Counted from the first letter of the stretch, positions 12,239-26,900 are shown. The stretch is 64,000 nucleotides of DNA from Phoronis australis (GCA_002633005.1 NMRA01000052.1:274613-338612), one strand, 5' to 3'. Program-made: numbers and translations. The notes: a model not told the origin generated them from the sequence alone.

Positions 12239-13678
12239 AATGTAAACTTGCTTTCCAACCCAAAAACCAACTTGACTACTAACCGTATTGAAATTGGTCT
12301 TAAATTGTTCCTTAGGACTTCAATAGAGGTGTTTTCGAGGCTTTGTAAGAATTGACTTGGTGATATTGGTTGAGACCTGGCGTGCGTTCAATAACGCTAG
12401 GACCTACTCCAGGACCTAGCTAAAATCTAGCCAAAGTCACATGTTCTCATTTTTTTATAGACGACAATATTCACGTAATCTCGCAGTCTTGCTTTTTAGC
12501 GAGGTCCTAGCATTACTGAATGGGAGGCTGGTTCAACAAGTTTGCTTGTTACGACCTGTCATTTTATGCACTGAGTACGATTGCAAGGAAATATAGCAAG
12601 CTGCCAAATTTTTACAAACAGAAATCTCTTCAAAATCGCTTTTCGACAAAACTCGAGTTGATAGCCACTCTAACTGTAAAATTGGCACAGAACAGAATTG
12701 ACTGAATAATTTATTCTCTGTTTTTTTGTGATTTTATTTCAGTTTGTCAGATTTTATGGGTCATATGTCGTCAGTGATGGCAATTAGCATGTTGTTTTTT
12801 ATATTGGATGAGAGGAAAATTGTTAGTTCATTTGTCTTCTTCGCTGATGATCATGTTTTGAAAATTTGATGACTAAAATCCTTTATTTATTTCAGAGACA
12901 TATATCTATGACTNGAACGCTAAGTCCCGCGTGGTTGCGCTGCACGCGAAACAAGATGGCGGACGAACTTTGGAGCCTGACGAAAATAGGTAACCGGACG
13001 ATATATAATGTAAACTTGCTTTCCAACCCAAAAACCAACTTGACTACTAACCGTATTGAAATTGGTCTTAAATTGTTCCTTAGGACTTCAATATAGGTGT
13101 TTTCGAGGCTTTGTAAGAATTGACTTGGTGATATTGGTTGAGACCTGGCGTGCGTTCAATAACGCTAGGACCTACTCCAGGACCTAGCTAAAATCTAGCC
13201 AAAGTCACATGTTCTCATTTAAATAGACGACAATATTCACGTAATCTCGCAGTCTTGCTTTTTAGCGAGGTCCTAGCATTACTGAATGGGAGGCTGGTTC
13301 AACAAGTTTGCTTGTTACGACCTGTCATTTTATGCACTGAGTACGATTGCAAGGAAATGTAGCAAGCTGCCAAATTTTTACAAACAGAAATCTCTTCAAA
13401 ATCGCTTTTCAACAAAACTCGAGTTGATAGCCACTCTAACTGTAAAATTGGCACAGAACAGAATTGACTGAATAATTTATTTTCTCTTTTTTGTGATTTT
13501 ATTTCAGTTTGTCAGATTTTATGGGTCATATGTCGTCAGTGATGGCAATTAGCATGTTGTTTTTTATATTGGATGAGAGGAAAATTGTTAGTTCATTTGT
13601 CTTCTTCGCTGATGATCATGTTTTGAAAATTTGATGACTAAAACCCTTTATTTATTTCAGAGACATATATCTATGACT
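12239..13678 (+). repeat. ~675-bp near-identical direct duplication across an N (12239-12913 / 13007-13678); probable uncollapsed haplotypes
   Basis: Few SNPs/indels; N at 12914; the duplicated 61-aa ORFs at 12520 and 13286 differ by one residue. Confidence 0.9.
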
Positions 13679-13846
13679 GTGTGGCATTTAAAAATTTGCT
13701 TAAGCTTTGTAATTATCTAAGAGACATCTGTACACGCAGTCTACCTATGACAGCCATTTGTGGGTAGGCGTGTTTCGATAAATTTAGCTAATAAGATAAT
13801 CAATAATGATCTTCAGGAAAAACTGCATCACATACGAAATGTGCCC

Positions 13847-13937
13847 ATGGATACGAATAAGAGATTGCAAGTTCATGTCAACTTCTATATTGCAGACTTT
13901 GTCACCATAGCAACCATACTGGGAACAGGCATTCTAG
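13847..13937 (+). CDS. permease coding exon 1
   Basis: MDTNKRLQVHVNFYIADFVTIATILGTGIL; donor GTAAGT; ATG taken as first in-frame Met. Confidence 0.85.
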
Positions 13938-16900
13938 GTAAGTTTCATATAAATATAGAACAGTATAAATCAGTTGGTTTCAAATTATTACACAAATTTG
14001 TGGCATTAGACCTGATGCGTAAAAATATTCCATTTGTTTTCTATGGTTCAGGAGTGCCTCTAAGTTTTTTCTGGACATACAAAACCTATACTGAATTAAG
14101 CTTACCTGTGGATTACGTGTAATTCCATTGTTAGTACTAGCCTGAAAATGTCTTTTGTTGACTTAAACGCTGGCCATTTACAGTGTCAGCTGTAGAGTAT
14201 GGAAGTGCTTTGTCTGCACTGGTCACAGAAGTTTTAGAGTGCTAGTTTATAAATCTATCCTTTTTCAGTTTGTCCATTTTTCTAAATAACTCACACTTTG
14301 GGTCGTCGTTATGTGACATGGTTTTAAGAAGGTTTTAATGCCACTTGACCAACTTGCTTTGCTGCTCATGCAGAAGTGTCTCATTCAGCTTCCCAACAGT
14401 CTCTCTTACGAACGTGTTATTCTTGGACTTTATGAGACGCACGATTTTCTAGTTAACATTTTGCTTCTAATAGCTAAGCAGTACATTTAGAAGGAGAGAT
14501 GTCACAAATATATATCTAATTTTCACAGGTTTGTTACATATACTTATGAGTACTATAATGCTGAAAAATTAATTGCGTATAAATTTTTTTATATGATAGT
14601 TTCTCTGCAAAATGGGAAAATTTCATTGTTCACTTTAACTCCATGAGAGAATGGTCTTTCCTGAGATGTGCATGCGTGAATGAATGGATGTACTTATTTG
14701 TTTGTTTGTTTTTTGTACTTGTTTATAAATGATAATAAATACCTGAAAAAAAAACTTGCTTTGCTGCTGTGAAGTGGACTAACGTTTTATTTATTATTTT
14801 GATTTTCAATTCCGTTGGTCATCTTGTGTTTTTAACTAGCATGAACATGACAAAGCTGCATTTGCACCCTATTTAGTTGGCTAAAAAGGGTGAACTAACA
14901 CTTTTACTGTCATACAGCAGTATCCTAATATTCCATAGCCTGATAGAATTCAACTTTGGTTATGCAAACAGGAACATCAAAACTGCTTCTTAATTTATTA
15001 AAGTTGACCCATATTCCATTGTCTGAGTCTTGAGTTGCTGACCTATTCGGCAATAGTTGACCTATCACAAGCTCCACCCCCTTTGCGTAATGTCGACTAA
15101 CAAACAAAATCCTGATGATAGGTCAATTCATGATTTGATGAGCGTGGTAATGTTTTGAAACGTCAAAGTTCTTCTGTTAAGAATTCCACCTTGACCACTA
15201 AACAAGGGCGAAATGAAGTTAGTTATAGTTTCAACGCTTTCTTTACGAAAAATTACTCTTTTTGCGTCTTGTGTTTTTTCGTTTTATTCTAGTTTTTTAG
15301 AATTAGTTGTTATGTTCATCAAAGCGAAAAGTTGAAATTGAAAGTTGTGTAATTAAAAATATTTTATTCGATATGAAATACGTAATTTGAGAATGTACAC
15401 TGATTAGCCAATGTCAACTTTGCCAGCAGGGCCTTCCAATAACACTATACATAATACAAGTTGAACATTGACAGACAATTACATTGAAACGATATTTACA
15501 ATGAAAATATACACGGAAATATGAATGTAAAAAGTAGGTAGGACTAGTGAGTAACTGCATACTGACATGATGTAAAAAATATTGATGAATAATTAGCTGT
15601 CTATAATAATAGATGTCAAGTTTACTTTGTCCAATCCACAGAGTTGCCCAACAGTAAGATTTTGCTTTGGTTGGTTTTGAGATTTGTGTATGTCAGACGG
15701 TCGGACAATGGACTGAAAAGTGGAACTAGGGTCGGGATCTAATCTTTGTACATGAAATCGAATTCAAAGTTATTTTTGTCATTTTCTGTTCTAATTTGTG
15801 CAAACTCAAGATAAGAGTCTATTAGTCTGTGCTCGAGTGCATTGTAGTTTATACATCTGATTTTCTAGTCAAAAGTTCACGCTTGATAAAATCTAGATTC
15901 GAGCTATAAACTTGAGTGATTTTGAGTAAAAATTCAGAATTTTGAGTTGAAACTCGAAGTTTAAGTCTTGATCCTGGGGTCATCTTGTACAACCTAGGAT
16001 CAGACTGTCATCTATGCAAATGACATTACGTACTTGTACATTGAAAAGTAGGCACCCATCTTGAGATCTCTGAAACTCGAGATAAGCATCAATAAGTCTG
16101 TGCTCGCGTACATAGGAATTTCTGGTTCAAGTTTGCACCTGATAACGCCTAGATTCGAGCGACAAACTCCAGTAAAAACTTGCGATATCAAGTGAAACCT
16201 GGAAGTTATAAGCCTTGATTCTGGGGTCATCAAGCACAAACTAGAATTTGACAGTCATTCATGTAAGTTATTGTTTGCTCATACATTGCATAATGGACAA
16301 TTGTCTTGAGCTTGTACAAACATAGAACAGAAAATTAAAACTGTGATTTCGATTTCGAGTAAAAAGGCTAGACTCCAGGCCCTGTAGTGGCACTAATTAA
16401 CTAGACTGTCAAACAGTGTGTCATTAGCAGCGAGATATGATGGAGTGAATGAGCGGATATTTGTCTATAGCTTGATGGATCATCAATATCTCTACATTAA
16501 ATGTGACGTTATCATTGAGAATGAACTCAAGCCCAAAACGGGTTGAAGTTCATGACCTCAATGATCAGCAATACAATAGTTTGTTACTAATAAGCTCAAA
16601 GCCTATGTTGATATAAAAAAGTGATTGCAGGTGGTACACATTGTACCAGACGTGCAAAGGCCTACTGTACTGTCCACCTGGATCCATTTCTATGCTAACT
16701 TTATTAATATATAGATAAAACTGAGCTGAGGAGCTAGGAACCTGACTCAAGGGTTTAACAGTGTAACCCAGTGCGACTCGAACCCATGACTTTGAGTAAA
16801 GAAAACGGGCACCTATCACACCTTTTCAAAGCCTATGTATCAAGTAGTGGTGTATTTTAAGTGGGACTGTGTAACTAATAAGGTCTAGTACATGGCTAGA

Positions 16901-19900
16901 AGCTAACATCGGCAATTTCTAGATTAAAATAGTGACAAAAACACACCGAATTTGTCTCCTTCATAGCTCTGGTCTAAGCTAATGCCTTGAGTTAGTCTAA
17001 TCATAGCTAATAATGAGTCTTAAAAAAATGCGTTTGCGCCCTAAAATCAACTATGTCGTTGATTTGACTTTGCCACGATATAGTTAATTCTCACAAAAAT
17101 AATACCCAAAGTTGCCTTTTTTCCAGATTTTAGACTTCTAGCATTGTCTATAAAATGCCTATAAAATTTCAAAATATGTGGTGGTTGCCGTGATACAGAA
17201 TTTGTCCTAAATTGGTGAGATTTTACCAAACCATATCAAAGTAAACGGTAGATGACAATGTCGTCATTGAAGTAATCGCAATAGCTGTTGCCCATGGTGA
17301 TAACTCCATTCATACATTTCAAGGCATTGACACACCGTCAGTAAATCCACCTGTTTACTGAGAAGTTAACTGGCATTGTTAACTTCGATCTAGGAGTGAA
17401 ATCAATCATTTATGCTGACCGCACCTCCCAAAACGTTGATGTATGTATGAAAAGACCTTCAGCCCGTTTCTCATACTGTTTTATTGCCACTAAGTTGTAG
17501 TTACAGACGTTGGTGACATTTCTACTTGGCGAAATTTATTTCGCCAAGTATGTTGGTCTGACATCAAGTTTTTTTTTGTTCGCTCTCTATAGGTTGCAAT
17601 TCTCGCCCGATTTTCACGAAATTTGCACACGACGTGTAGATTGGAAAGTCTTGGAAGCCTATTGTTTTTGGTCATGATCGGATTCAAAATGGTGGACGTG
17701 GCGGACATTTTGTTTCCAATTTCACATTCAAATGCTCATAGAGGCCGCATTTTTTGACGTACAGAGCTGAAACTTGGTACGATTATTATACACATGTGCT
17801 ACATACAACTGTGCTGAAAAACGTTGACTTCCAGATAAAGATGGCGGAAATATTGACGATGGCGCATGCGCACCTCGATATCTGGCCAAAAAGGTTTTCT
17901 CCTGTAGAGGGCGCATTGGCGAACCAATCACTTTCAAACTGGTCACGTGTTTCTTGCAATTGATCAGCTTTTATAAAATTCTGTTTAACCAGAAGTCACA
18001 TTCAAGATGGCGGCTCATGCGCATTTTCACCCATTTTCAATCGCTCTGCTGTCGCCTTTTTAACGGGAAGAGCAAATGACGTGAATTTTTGCATGTGGAT
18101 TCCTTGAAGTATGCTCTTTCAAAAGTTCTGCGATAAAGGTTTTTGCAGGCTTACCGTTTTCAAGTTGTTTGACACAAAATTTCAATTTTTTCAAAAATTT
18201 TATGGAATGTTGCGAAACTATCAATGTAGATAGAGTTTTGGACGGGCTTTCAGAAGATATTTTCCATTTTTCTCTACGACGTCTACTTTTTGAATTATGC
18301 AAGATTTTCTGATAGCGCTGTTCCTTTGTTGACAGCTCTTGCTGCACTGATATTGGTTTAGCTTCTGTTGAACAAGACCATGAAGGCATTGCTCATAGAA
18401 GCCGCATCTTTCGACGTGCAGGGCTGAAATTCGATGCAATTATTATAGCACAAAAGCACTACAACTGCGCCGTAAATCGTTAACTTCCGGTCAAAGATGG
18501 CGGAAATATCGGCAATGGCACATGTGCACCTCGATAACTGGCCGAAAACGTTTTTTCGTGTAGAGGGCGCATTGGGGAACCAATCATTTTGAAGCTGGTC
18601 ACGTGTTTGTTGCTATTGATTGGCTTTTATAAAATTTTGTTTAACCGGAAGTCACTTTCAAGATGGCGGCTCTGGCACATTTTCACCCGTTTTCAATCGT
18701 TCTACGGTCGCATTTTTAACGGGAAGAGCAAATGACGTGAATTTTTGCATGTGGATTCCTTGAAGTATGCTCTTTCATTGCTTTGTTACCATGACAATGA
18801 GGTAGACGTCTCCTGTGAGATCTATGAATGGCAGAGCATTGCATTTTGACTTTCAATGTTTTTTTTAAACAAATTAATCGGAAATGGCCATTTTGATGTG
18901 CTGTGAAGGCAATTGAATAAATTTGGGTTGTGTTTTGTTAAGGTTCATAATTTTCTTGAATTACACATTTTTTAGCGATTTTTAGTCTGAAGTCGTGTTT
19001 AAGCTTCATGTAATTTGATCGATGAACGTTTTTATAAGTGTAGCCTGTGAGGTAGGTGCTTTCTCATTAGAGGCAAAATTTTGGTACTCGCCAAAATTTC
19101 GTAGAAGTTAACGGAAGAGGTCGCTACAACAACATACAATAACGCGAGACTCGCAAAAGGTTTCGTTATTACTGTAGCGTTGCCGACATGCTCTCAATTG
19201 ACGCATGTAAATAAATAAAAGAAAGCATATCTGATGAAGAATGAAACTAGCTATTTTCATCAAAACTCATAAATGACAGGAGAACAATTTTCAGTTAGCC
19301 TCAAATCCACTACTCAATATTCGTTGGAGAGTACAAATTAATTGCCATTTAGCGACTTCAATATCGCTGTCTTGTCGGAAGGTAAGCAAAATTTTGGTAA
19401 AGCTTTGGTAAACCGGAAGTTCCCCTTATGGGAATGCACCATTGCTGAATGTGGTCTGCAACACTCATTCTACATTCAGCAGCTAATTGCTAAGGGCATA
19501 ATATAGTATTGAAAGGCCTGGTATTATGCTGGTTACCAGTGTCAGCGTCAGTGGGCTGGCTTAAATTATTAAATATGCAAATTATATTGCTTGAGACACC
19601 GAGTGACACCATAATTTTTGACTGGCTGTGTAGGACAACTAAGGGGTATACAAAACTGTGTGCCCATACCAATATTGAACCAACTCCTAAGATGGTCCTT
19701 CAGTTGAAAAGATTAGCACTGCTGTAAAAACTCTTCAGTCTGGGACTGTCTCTAAAATTTGAAACATTGATATATAAGCCAGAATTGACTCTTAAGATTG
19801 GAACAGGGACGATTTTGATGTTCGTTATATTTCTCAAGTCCATAAACAGATTTGGCAGTTCATAAACTTGTCGAAAAAATTGCCGCCAACGCATCATTTT

Positions 19901-22900
19901 CATTTGTCCCTACAGTGCGTAACTTTATTTTAAATGAATAATTGTTTATTGATTATGTCATCTCTCTATGAGGAAACGTGTGTAGCCAGTATCATACCAC
20001 ATTAATTCCAAAATTTTGTCATGGATAATTTTGCCGTCTTTCCTCTAATTCTTGAATTTGGTAAGGCCAATATTGCCTGTTTCTAATTTATAATACAAAC
20101 TCTTACCTCCAACAAAATAATTTTCACTGTTCCAAATTGGAGAACATTTACTGTACTTCTGTCACAGACTACCTGTAAACCATTGTTAAATCTCCTAGTA
20201 GGTGAACTGTCACTTGTAGGTCATCGTGTTGTGTTGTTCGTATTCATACTTGAAAGTGCTCCAGGAGTAGAGCTGTTGTCTGTTGCATGAAAAATTACGA
20301 GTACCTTTCTGCGCATTGAAATGCGCTTAATCAACGTGTAGTTTTGCTTAATCAACGTGTAGTTTTGCTTAATCAACACGTACATTTAGTTCGTTGTGCT
20401 CTTATTCAACATGTACTTTTGCTTAATCAGTGCGTAGTTGTACTTAATCACCGTGCATTATTGCTTATTCAACGCATACTTTTAGTCAGTTGATATATCC
20501 AATCATGCCCCGTGCTGTCAAATCTCAAAACGAAAGAATGCTTTCAGCATGGGTGCAAGGCAACTTTTGAAGAATGTTGCAGATTCTTATCAAGAGTGCT
20601 CGTAAATGATGGCGCTGTTAACATTGTTGGGATTAAACTACATTATGTCATGTACTGAATGTAAACTTATCTTTGATTGGTCGTAATGATTATATTCAGC
20701 GCGTTGAATAAAAGCAGAACTGTGTTCGTTTAAGAACTAAAAGTTCCGAGTTGAATAAGCAAAACTACATGTGAATTAACCACATTTCAACGTGTTGAAA
20801 GGTACTTGTTTAAGGACCCTTAAGCGCTTCATGAATAGACCGGCAACAGTGGGGGATCTACGTTTTCAGCAAGGGGGGGTTTAAGATTCCCGCCAAGGTC
20901 AAATCCTAGGCGCGTGGCGCCGAGTGGGGGGAGGTCGGCAGGGGGGTTTCCCCTCCCGTGTAAGATATTTTTTTGTTTTTGTAGCCAAATAGTGAAATTT
21001 CCATCCAGGCATCCTGGTAAGTTTCTGGCACTTAACATGTCTCTGGAGTTTTTCTTAAGATAATTAAAAACCCTTCTCGGTTTCGTCACGTGAACTTGGC
21101 TCATCAGTCTCGTGAAACCATATTGTGCACATCTGGGTATGAGTCACGCCACCAGCAAAAATTTTTGTTGGAACATCTGCTTACACACTCCTTTTTTTTG
21201 CATACGAAAAGTCGAATACGAAAAAGTGTGGTGTGATACAGGGATTTAGACAATTTCCAAATATTCAAGAGCATAATTAAGGAGCACCGACGTGGCGTAA
21301 AAACTTGAATATCAGATGATCGCGTAACAGCAGCCTCAAGTTGTTTAAGAACGAAGACCTGTACTGTTAGTCCGGAAATAAACATGTGTTCTGTCTTGTT
21401 ACGAGAAAAACTGGCGAACGATGGTACTCTCAACTCATAGTCTATTATTAAAAGCAACAATAAATAATTAGGTATATTAGTACACCTGTGCTTATTATCC
21501 CTATAAAAATAGTCGATCTGTCGCGGGACCAAACAGTACTGGCTGAGATAAATAGTTTTACAAAGCACACTTTGGTAAAAAAATCACAAGACTAGTTCGC
21601 CGAGGGACCAGAAGTACACTGAAACTCAACATTTACACAAATCAAGCAGGCCTGGTCCGTCGCGAGATCTAAAGTGTACTATGCAAAAAATTTTGAATTA
21701 AAAACTTCTCTCTAAAATTTTAATCCCGATTGGTTACTCATACGTTAGTCCTATCCTTCTGTTGTCTAGACTGCCGAGGAATTTGTATATCGGATCCAAT
21801 GATTTGCTTGTCTTGGAACCATTCTACCCAGATATCTTCGATGTTTGTTCCCAACGCTTGCACTTCGTCAAGTGCTCTGTCAATGAGCTTGTAAGCCTCT
21901 ACAATGTCAGCATCTCGTTTCGCAGCTCAGTTGATACTAAGACCCTTGAGGTTGCCAAGTCCATTCAAAAGACTTATATGCGCAACTAAATTTGATCCGT
22001 TCATCATGGACTACTTCAAACCTTGACGAAGCATCCCAGGACCTATTTGCATCTCTTGCAATTTTCGAAATAAACGTCCCAATGTCTGAACGCTTGAAAC
22101 CCGAAGTACTAATATCAAATAAATGTCCATGGGCATGAGCGTTTCATCGGGTGACCCTTTGTGCGAAAATTCCCAGTATAGAAGACGGCAGTGTGCTTAT
22201 TGCAGGTTGACAGACGGTAGGTGTTTAGGTCGGAACTAGGGCTCCTTAGGAGGCCTATTGAACATCGCACGAGTCCCGCAAGACTTTGTTGTGAAAGAAC
22301 AGCCTCCCCGCAATTTCTGATACTGTACACTTTTCGCCAATGCGGTCACTTTCTCAATGTGAGTGCCCCTTTGGTCATTCCTTGTATAGACATAACTTGT
22401 TACAGAGTGTGTCTTCAAACGGACTTGCGACCAGACCACGGCGCCCGCCACAATAGNTACTCACAAAAACCATTTTCTAGAGGCCCTACAAAATCTGGCC
22501 CACCGACTATTACCTAAAGAAATCAGCTATAGAACTGCTCTTTCAGCGGTGAATCCATCTAAAATGCTCTTGGCTACTTCAGAAGTGTCGACTTAAGCGC
22601 GCGCACAATAAATCCCCGCGCGTTTTGCCGATGAGCCACAAAGACTCAGCAATTCACAATGCAAAAAACTATATTTTCAGAGTGAACCCCCCCTCAATTT
22701 TTTCCAAGTTGGTTTACTTGTGGTTTACACACGCTGGCGGTGCCGCTTTTGTTTTGCTGGAGACGCNCCCCCCCCCCGTAGATCCGCCACTGGGCAAATT
22801 TCTGTTTTTGATGAAACAGAGCCTAGGGCGGGGTTGCATGTTGTCCATAGGATAACGGAGCCCAGGGCTGTTTTGCATGTTCTCCATAGGGCGTTTGAAA

Positions 22901-23893
22901 ATTGTTGGTATTCATTTTTCACCAGTGTTCTCCACAACCTGTTTTGACTTGTCGCCCGGCGCGTGCCGAGTTTAAATTTTGTTGTGGCGAGTTAGGTTTA
23001 CTTGTATCGAGTTTGAAAGCCTATGGCAGTAAGTTTGCAGTATTGGTAGATTAGTCATTTCTTATTAAGCAAATTTGGACATTTTGGATTTTTGGTGCCA
23101 GGTCAATGCATTTATACCAAGACTCAGCGCAGCATGGACAACGAAGGACTTTCGAACATGTACACGACTTTCATAATTCCTGTCTGTTGCCAGGTAGCAT
23201 ATTTTTGTCACATTGCAAACAAAATCTTTTTTGAGTCACTCACTTATACGGTAAATCACAGGAAGGGAAACGTACTGAAATTCAGTTTCAGTCGAATAAT
23301 TACGACTTCAACCTCATCGTCTCTAGCATGCCACTGTGTTCATAACAACAATCTGTTTCAGGGCTTCCAGTTACTCTTTCTGATGCTGGAATTTATCCTT
23401 TCCTGGTCACCTTTATATTGAGCTACTTACTACAGGTAAGAGAAAAAGCTTGTCGTTTAATGCCTAGTGCAGCGCCATCTATGAAGAAAACAGCTGTTTT
23501 GGTCGAGGTGGAAATTTTTGTGTTGTTCCTAATTACAGGTCAAAGAAGGAATTGAATGCAGTTCTTTTATTGTTTTGGTTAGAAGATTTATCGCCACTAA
23601 CTTGATTTATTCCATTTCAATTTTGATGACGTCAGTTTGCAGACCACCGCATGACTGTGCTTAACTATTGTAATCGTAGCCTTATCGCTGTCTGCTGATT
23701 AGTTTCGTTCTCACGTGATATTTAGTGGCAGTAATCCAGTTACTTTTTGCTAAAAATTTTGTCAGAAAACTGTTTGTATTGGGACATGATTTACCCAGTA
23801 TTCTAAATTCCACTGAATTTGCCTGGACCATGGTAAGCACCAGGAAATTTTTTTTAATATTTATTGAATAAATCAAACACATGTACTACACAT

Positions 23894-23924
<31 letters not shown>

Positions 23925-26900
23925 CATATAAGGGGGAACAAACATGAACACAACCATACACACAATGCACAGGAAGTTTTTTTTAATCAGTCCCGCATGC
24001 TCATCAGACAAGATATGGGATAATTGTCTCCAGCGCTTATTTTTATTATTATTCGGCCTTTATTCATGGTTTACCACAGTCTGTTAACTCAATTAGCACA
24101 CCACTCAGAGGACAGTAAAGTTGGCAGTTTTGTTACAGTTGACATCGTCATTTGAATGTATAGTGTCGTGATATCATGTCGTGGTTCTGTCTAGAATAAC
24201 GTAAAATAAATTTGTCGACCCTTTCTCTAACTCAGACATCGATTCAGATGGGCTATTGGCTGAGATCGAACAAAAATGGCTGTGCACAGCAAAAACGTGA
24301 CTCGGCACGTGATCTTAAGTAACCCGAAATATAGAGAAAACTGATTAGTTCGTAGCAAACAATAAACCGACCAGATAAGCTTGAATGTAAGCAATGTGAA
24401 CATATGACAGAAGGGGAGACAACTTACACCCAACTCCAGCAACTAGTCCTCCTAATGGTCGCAGTGAGAACTAGAACACAGTCACTATAAACAAAAGGCT
24501 ATCTCTTACAAGGAGCGACAAATATTCGCAGCAGGAATCCGTATGGACATCATCATTTATGGAATTAAACCGGTTGATTTTTTCCTAAAACATTTACGGG
24601 ATTTCGAAATGCATGAGAATGCAACTACCGCCTCAATGTATACGATTACAATTGTTATTCACTTATTCAACACACAATATGGCCGACTAGTGAAATTATA
24701 TTTTGTCAAATTTCGTCACGAAAATGAAGATTACGAACATTTTAGTTTTATTACTAGCATGACTTGTACTGCGTTGACGTAAAAAGGTAACTTGTGGTTT
24801 GTGGTAAATGTGACATTAGTTGCTGTAACGTAATAATAAGTGGAGAATTACTTTACCAAAATCTGCCTCATTGAAAGCAATGGATAGTTCCGACAAACAG
24901 ATAGGCCACATCTACCATCGATGGTAGAAGTCCAGCGGGGGCGACTATTGTGCATCAGATTTTCTACGATATGTTTTTGATCATATTTCGCATACTGTTG
25001 CCAAAAAACATATCATCAAAATCAGTCTTGGGAAGCAAACAATTGCACCTACTAGTTGTGGTATAACTATACCAGTCCTAGCCTTTTGAGCTCATTCGTA
25101 GATTTAACACCAGTCCATGCATGGACATGCCAAGCTTCATTCATACCTTGTCTCGCGGGTTAACGCCCACTGCTTGGGTAATTGCTCACCCCCTGTCTTA
25201 GGGTTTCCCAATTTAAGCGCCCAGGGCATTAACCCGCGAGTTTACTGTAATAATACGTTTCTGTAATTATCAAGGAAGATTTTATTGGTTATGAAAAAGT
25301 TCTTTGAAGAATTGTGACCTTTCGCAATGTTCAAAAGATAATCAATTACGACCTTTTCTATAATTTGATTTCTTTTGAGAAATTGTGCCCAGGTGCAAAC
25401 TGTTCAGTTTGATAAGACCTTTGGCAGGTATGTCATGATGTCACACAATGTGCCAGCTCTGCACACTCTATTGAAGAGTGTCAAAGGTGAAAACATTGTT
25501 ACATAATACGGACTTCAGTAAAATCTCCACTTGAGACAAAAGCATGCAGTGTCTGACCATTTTGTGTGAGTCTCTTAGCTAAAACATTTATGTAACATCT
25601 TTGTCACTCCTACCAAGATTGTAAGGTTAGGGATATGGTGTTTAATCTTTGTTCAGGATTTACCTGTATTTTGCAGGTTGTGCAAGTTGTATTTATAACA
25701 GATTTACTGCAGCGGGTACACGCGCTTCAACTGCAAGAGTTGGTAAGCTTATTGGAAAAATGTCGCTATAGTTTAACACCGATGCATGTAATCGTACTTA
25801 TGCCAATCTTCCTGATATTGCTGGTGCACTGTGTTAATATGCTGGTTCATTCATTTGATACATAAAAGGGTTAGCAACTGTGATCAGCATATGAGTAGCT
25901 GAAAAGACCTAAGTTTACCTCCTGAATAACTTTCTTGTTTTGTCAAGGCTTGTCAAGACCGGTTATCTCGTGATTGTAAAGAACATCTATTCAACAAATC
26001 CTCGATACTCCAGGGTATATGTGTATGTGTAAATTAAATGCCATTTTCAGTTGTCATGTGATACTCGGATTATAGTTTGATAACAAAAAGAGAACATTAA
26101 AACGTGGCATTTAATTTTGTATCTATTTTCAAGTATTTCAACGAGAGAAACCCCTCTAAAGTTGAACTGCTCTCCTGGAAAGCAGTCTGAATGAGCATAA
26201 ACGAGGTTATCATGTAGTGAATTTGCAATCCCTTGGCATTATCAATCTGATCTCGACCTGTTCCTTTTTCAAATGTTTTTCAGCACTAAGAAATAACTGA
26301 AAATTTCATATTTCTCTGGATTATAAACTCAGTACATTAAATGCCCCATTTGGCCAAGCCAAATTGTTTAGCCGAGGCCCATTCCAAGAAAACTGACTTG
26401 CAAGTAGCTAAGACGAATCTTAAATTTCAGTTCATTCCAAGAAGGAGATCTTAAGTTTGACTTAATTTTTGTCTAAATTTTGACTATATTACCGGATGTG
26501 GAAGTTTCAAAGTTTGGAAGTTACAAATCTCATACTTAAGTCAAAAATGAACTTAAGTAAGTTTCTTAGAACGGGCCCCTTGTCTCCAGCAATAAGAAAC
26601 TATTATTTTTCCCGAGGCCCAGAAATGACTTCTAGTACCAGACAGTAAGGAATAATTTGAAGCAAAGTTTATACCACTAAGTGCCCTCCGTTAACAGTCA
26701 GTAATGTAGCAGAAGTCTGTTTCATAGACATATTTGTAGGTAACCATTGGATGAATGTGTCCATTGTTCACTGTTTCAGAAGACTGAAAAAAGCGAGTCT
26801 CTGCCCTTGAAAGACTTAGAAGGATTTGCAAGTGATGATGACGGTAAATCTCTTTGATCGTTTTTTTGTTACCAAGGTTTCCTTTGATTTCGGGTAAATT

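Noticed and set aside
12956-12989. ATG..MADELWSLTKI|GTAACC as the true first coding exon of the permease
   Set aside because: The same sequence recurs at 49080 beside another N; better explained as a repeat end.
12520-13471. Twin 61-aa ORFs as duplicated small genes
   Set aside because: They lie in the gap-flanking intronic duplication and show no recognisable domain.
19231-19260. CTGATGA..GAAA hammerhead core (also near 12844 and 38418)
   Set aside because: No pairing stems I-III could be drawn; the motif is expected by chance.
21927-21929. In-frame TGA as selenocysteine or readthrough
   Set aside because: It sits in a decayed transposase fragment; no SECIS-like element seen.
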